Assembly: GCA_000002445.1 (NCBI GenBank)
Contig: CM000208.1
Span: 2,656,001-2,720,000 of the forward strand
Direction of reading: 5' to 3'
Source of the DNA: Trypanosoma brucei
Taxonomy: Eukaryota
DNA: 64,000 bases
Positions 60,545 to 64,000 of the stretch are shown in pieces. The notes beneath the pieces are model-generated. The model was not told the origin of the DNA. It did not search any database and worked only from the letters and a program-made list of their open reading frames with translations. The translations under genes were made by a program, and so were the position numbers. The stretch's first letter is position 1. Every line of letters starts with the position of its first letter.

Positions 60545-61546
60545 ATGTCATTGTTTGATGATGATGATGATGTGGGGTCTTCAGTTTCGTCCACTGAGGG
60601 CGATCTTAACGAGAGTGTTGTACCCATGAGCACAGTAAGGACGGGCGGGGTTTGTGTGAAGACTGAAGCTAAGACTAATGGACCTCGCACAGGACTTGAG
60701 GATGTGCACCGGTTTACGCTTAGCGTTGAGGAAACGCAGCGGGCAGAGGAGCGGAGGCGTGTAGAGGCGAGTAAAAGACTTTTACTATCAACTGACGGTG
60801 GCTTAATTCCGAATTCGTGCGGCGGTCCTTCATCTCAGGAGCGGAGTCGGTTCGGGTCCTCTATAGCGGAGGCTCTCCGTCTTCGTAGTGAAACACGGGA
60901 GAGGGTGCTACTACAACGCATTCTGAGGCAGCGGCGAGAAGAGGAGGGCAATGAAGAGTTGGCGGAGAAGGATATGGAGGTTGGTGTATTTATCACTCCG
61001 CAGTACCTTAGTGCTCTCAAGCGTCAGAGAAGTACGCGAGCGACATCCCCCGGAGGTCTTGCAAAGCAAACAGAAAACACGGAGGATATGGACCCACTGG
61101 AGTTGTATGTGCAAGAGTTGGAGGAAAGACGTCGGGTGGTGGGAAAAAAAGATCATGACTCGTCTGATGTTGGCACCAACAGGAACGATGGGGGTAGGGA
61201 CCAAGATATGGGGCTGAGAGTGCACTCGGCACAGGTTGTTTCAGGAAATAAGCAACCGGAACATGTGGAACGAAGTGGTGTGACGGGCATTCCTTGCGGC
61301 CACGATGTTGTCTATTCTGTGAAAGCAAGTAGTGGCGCGTGGGTCCCCACTGGTACTAACGGCGCTGTAATTGATGTTTCCGGCGCGGCCGCACCAGCAT
61401 CTCCGAGTCCGACGGCGAACTCCGCGACCCCCCAGGAGGCGCTGCAGGAGGTTAGATGGAGACGGCAAAAGCCGCGTGCGGACCGTTCGTTTATAGAGTC
61501 CGCAGCCACACGGTTTAATAGACGATCTATGGACCGTTTTGTGTAA
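60545..61546 (+). CDS. Hypothetical protein (333 aa) with acidic N-terminus (MSLFDDDDDVGSS...)
   Basis: ORF in polycistron orientation immediately downstream of the snoRNA array. No family recognised. Confidence 0.5.
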   Translation: MSLFDDDDDVGSSVSSTEGDLNESVVPMSTVRTGGVCVKTEAKTNGPRTGLEDVHRFTLSVEETQRAEERRRVEASKRLLLSTDGGLIPNSCGGPSSQERSRFGSSIAEALRLRSETRERVLLQRILRQRREEEGNEELAEKDMEVGVFITPQYLSALKRQRSTRATSPGGLAKQTENTEDMDPLELYVQELEERRRVVGKKDHDSSDVGTNRNDGGRDQDMGLRVHSAQVVSGNKQPEHVERSGVTGIPCGHDVVYSVKASSGAWVPTGTNGAVIDVSGAAAPASPSPTANSATPQEALQEVRWRRQKPRADRSFIESAATRFNRRSMDRFV

Positions 61547-62731
61547 ATTAGGACTTCTTGAAATGGAAAGGGCATGCAACGGATTGTTTTGTGCTGTTGG
61601 GCTTGACTACCTGACGATCTCCTTCCGCCTGTGTGAGTCGTTCGGGACCGGAAGGAAGTGCGTGTGCATTAGTGATAGGGGTCGTGCTTCGCCGCTGTTG
61701 TGCTTGTGTAAACTAAGGTGGGAAAGATAATTGTGGAGAAGTAAAATTTTCTGTCATTACCACTGCGTGTGCTGCCTCATCTTCCTCATTACCTTCTCAA
61801 CTCATACGCGCTTATCTACTAACATTTTGTTTGTTTGCAAAACGAAACACCAAGAAACAAGTGCCTGAAGAGGACCAGGGTGCGTCGCCGACTCGAATAT
61901 AACCGGTTACACCGTACTGGGAAGAGTAGAGAAACTGTACGGTTGCGCCACAGCCTCGCAATCCTGTTTACCTCGGTGGCTAAATCCCATCCTAAAGGGG
62001 GGGCGAGGAGGACACAAAGAAGCAGGAAATAGCGCAGGGTTTCGAGAGTAACTTATCACCTTGTCCTCGTTGAGCACAAAGTTTCGTTTTCTTTTACTTC
62101 TCTGTAAGGAGTTAGTCTAAGAAAACTTGCAAGTGGAAGGGGGGAACACAGCTTGTGGCACTTGTCGGGCCTTGTCGGTCTCTCCGTGTTGCTTCTTATC
62201 TTCGCTTGGTTGCTGAAGGACCCTCTAGCTCCACCTCCGGTATATTCGGGGGTGTGTGCGTACTCTATTCACTACTCTTGTTTGTGTGTGCGTCTCCGTT
62301 GCCTGATTTGTAAGCGGCGGCGGGTGCTGGTGACGGATAGAAGCACCAATAAGTCGAGGAAGTGTAAGGGTCCCTAAAGAAGATTGGTGTAAATTGACGG
62401 ATCAGTTGTTAGCGATTAAGGAGCTTGGAGCACGTTGCAGGTGGGGCAGTCAACGTACTCACTGTAGGCTCGTCGGTGGCAGTTTTCTCCACACAAAGCG
62501 TGCATCACTTTGTGCATCTTTTTTCCTTTCCGAGTGGTTGTGTACCCGTGCCTTTATTACCCTTGTCCGTGCTGCCGTTCGGAGTTGTAGAAGAACCGAC
62601 TGTGTGATTGCGCTCGTAGGAATTATAGGTTGCTGAGTAAGACGAGGGGCGCGAACAAGTTGGGTGAGTCAAGGTGTGATATATAAAGAGTGTGTGTGCG
62701 TACAATCCTTTTCCCGTCATCCACAGTTATC

Positions 62732-64000
62732 ATGACATTGTCTGTCGACACCGCGATTGGGGACACCGCCATATGCATGGAGAGGTCATGTGATGCTCCT
62801 ACACCTACTTACGCAGTCAAAACGCGGGCCATGGTGTTGAGCGGCGGTAGTGGCTGTACGCTCTCCAGGTGTCGTCGACTTGGGCGCTCCGCCCGCCAGA
62901 GATCGCCTTCGAATAAACGGTTCTCGGGAAGGATGTCAGCGGCATCCGTGACGCCCTCAGGGGGCCCAGTTATGGACAGGAGCGGCACTGGGTATGTTGA
63001 TGTTTGTCGTGGTGGTGAATGTGCTCCGATGCTTTGCAGGTCAGGGGGATGCGATCACGGTGTTTCCATTTTTGCGGCGGCCGCGACGCCGGCTGCCGCG
63101 GTACCGTTACTCGACGGTACTGTTGCAGCGGAATGCACGAATGGTGCCGGTGGGATGCCAGCTGATGGTAGTCGTTGTGTGACTCAGTTGTACGACGCGG
63201 GCGCAAGCTTGAGGAATGAATCTGGTCGACGGTATCGAAACAACTATTCTTGCCATTACAGCAACAGTGGTGGTAGTGGTTATTGTTGTTGCAGTGCGTC
63301 TTATCGTGGCCAGAAGGGTCACAAGGGCGGTCAAAGCCAGGTGTTTCACAATTCACCGCTTTTCATGGGGAACGGTGGCAATCTGCCTCCCAATCGTGGT
63401 GTAATTTCGAACTATCACTATCACCATCACCCGCCCTGTGGAGCCTCGCACCATCACCACCAAAGGTGTGCTGTGCGTTCCCATCGTCGTCGTGGATTCG
63501 GTGCCGCTGCTGTGGAGGCGATTCGCAGTAGGTTTCAGGCAGGGGCTACCATGTCGCATCACGCACCACCACTTTCCGCTGTGAAATGCAATAGACAAAC
63601 TAAGCAAACTGCTAGTAACGGGGATCAAGAGCCACGGCAGGCATTTCAGGTCCCCCTCCCAAGGTCGAAGGCGGCTGCCGGAGTAACCCAACCCTCCGCG
63701 ACGTCATGTGATGCTGGTGTTGTGAGGCCATCGAAGGGCGATTTCAGAATTGAGATGGATACTCCTTTTTCAGCCACAGACTCAATGAATGACCCTGTAA
63801 ACGGTTCTTCACGGCTCTCTGGCATTGCACCACTTTTCGACCTTGCGATACAGCAGCTCATCCTTGAGTGCGATCGACGGGTTGCCAACGCTTCTGGGAC
63901 GGCGTGCGCCAGTGCGCACAGTCCCTCTAACTCGTGCAATTCTCAAAAGCAGTCTTCAGCGCATTTCTCCGTTAACACTCATTCCTTTGATATGCCAACG
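62732..64000 (+). CDS. Partial CDS (≥423 aa, runs off window end): Cys- and His-rich hypothetical protein (…HYHHHPPCGASHHHHQRC…)
   Basis: Manual translation of frame 2 from ATG 62732 finds no stop codon to position 64000. It is absent from the ORF track because it is unterminated. Confidence 0.5.
   Translation, partial: MTLSVDTAIGDTAICMERSCDAPTPTYAVKTRAMVLSGGSGCTLSRCRRLGRSARQRSPSNKRFSGRMSAASVTPSGGPVMDRSGTGYVDVCRGGECAPMLCRSGGCDHGVSIFAAAATPAAAVPLLDGTVAAECTNGAGGMPADGSRCVTQLYDAGASLRNESGRRYRNNYSCHYSNSGGSGYCCCSASYRGQKGHKGGQSQVFHNSPLFMGNGGNLPPNRGVISNYHYHHHPPCGASHHHHQRCAVRSHRRRGFGAAAVEAIRSRFQAGATMSHHAPPLSAVKCNRQTKQTASNGDQEPRQAFQVPLPRSKAAAGVTQPSATSCDAGVVRPSKGDFRIEMDTPFSATDSMNDPVNGSSRLSGIAPLFDLAIQQLILECDRRVANASGTACASAHSPSNSCNSQKQSSAHFSVNTHSFDMPT

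Noticed and set aside
61855-61900. ttcgagtc-containing segment (minus strand) resembling a tRNA T-loop
   Set aside because: The adjacent 5-nt segments are not complementary and there are no D-arm or anticodon-arm candidates.

Overview
This window reads as nuclear DNA from a trypanosomatid, most plausibly an African-trypanosome-like Trypanosoma. It is intron-less and densely packed with long ORFs in two opposed unidirectional blocks, as expected of polycistronic transcription units. Polypyrimidine tracts precede most genes, and there is no bacterial-style operon signal anywhere. About 16 genes lie on the minus strand from 1 to ~28.1 kb, and about 15 genes plus a tandem snoRNA cluster lie on the plus strand from ~33.1 kb to the end. 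Between the blocks is a ~5 kb ORF-poor divergent strand-switch region (28.1–33.1 kb) with strand-asymmetric GT/G-rich tracts, the expected position of a bidirectional Pol II transcription start zone. Genes recognised from remembered motifs are ATG7 (CTVTRPG catalytic motif), RtcB tRNA ligase, a WDR4/Trm82-like WD protein, and a giant ZNFX1-like helicase with NF-X1 zinc fingers. Also recognised are an NFU Fe-S scaffold, an NKAP-family protein, IFT57, PP2A B55 regulatory subunit, TTC4/Cns1-like TPR protein and 60S ribosomal protein L6. A 475-bp unit is tandemly repeated 3.1 times (58841–60320); each copy carries two box C/D snoRNAs and one probable single-hairpin H/ACA-like (AGA-box) snoRNA. Other features are a membrane protein with a cytoplasmic tail of ≥8 tandem YGQPPPPQQG(Y/H)T repeats, several small MFR/MLK-presequence candidate mitochondrial proteins, and microsatellites ((TA)n, (GT)n) and G10–11 homopolymers. 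All functional calls rest on protein motifs recalled from memory and on sequence-pattern inspection. No database search was possible.
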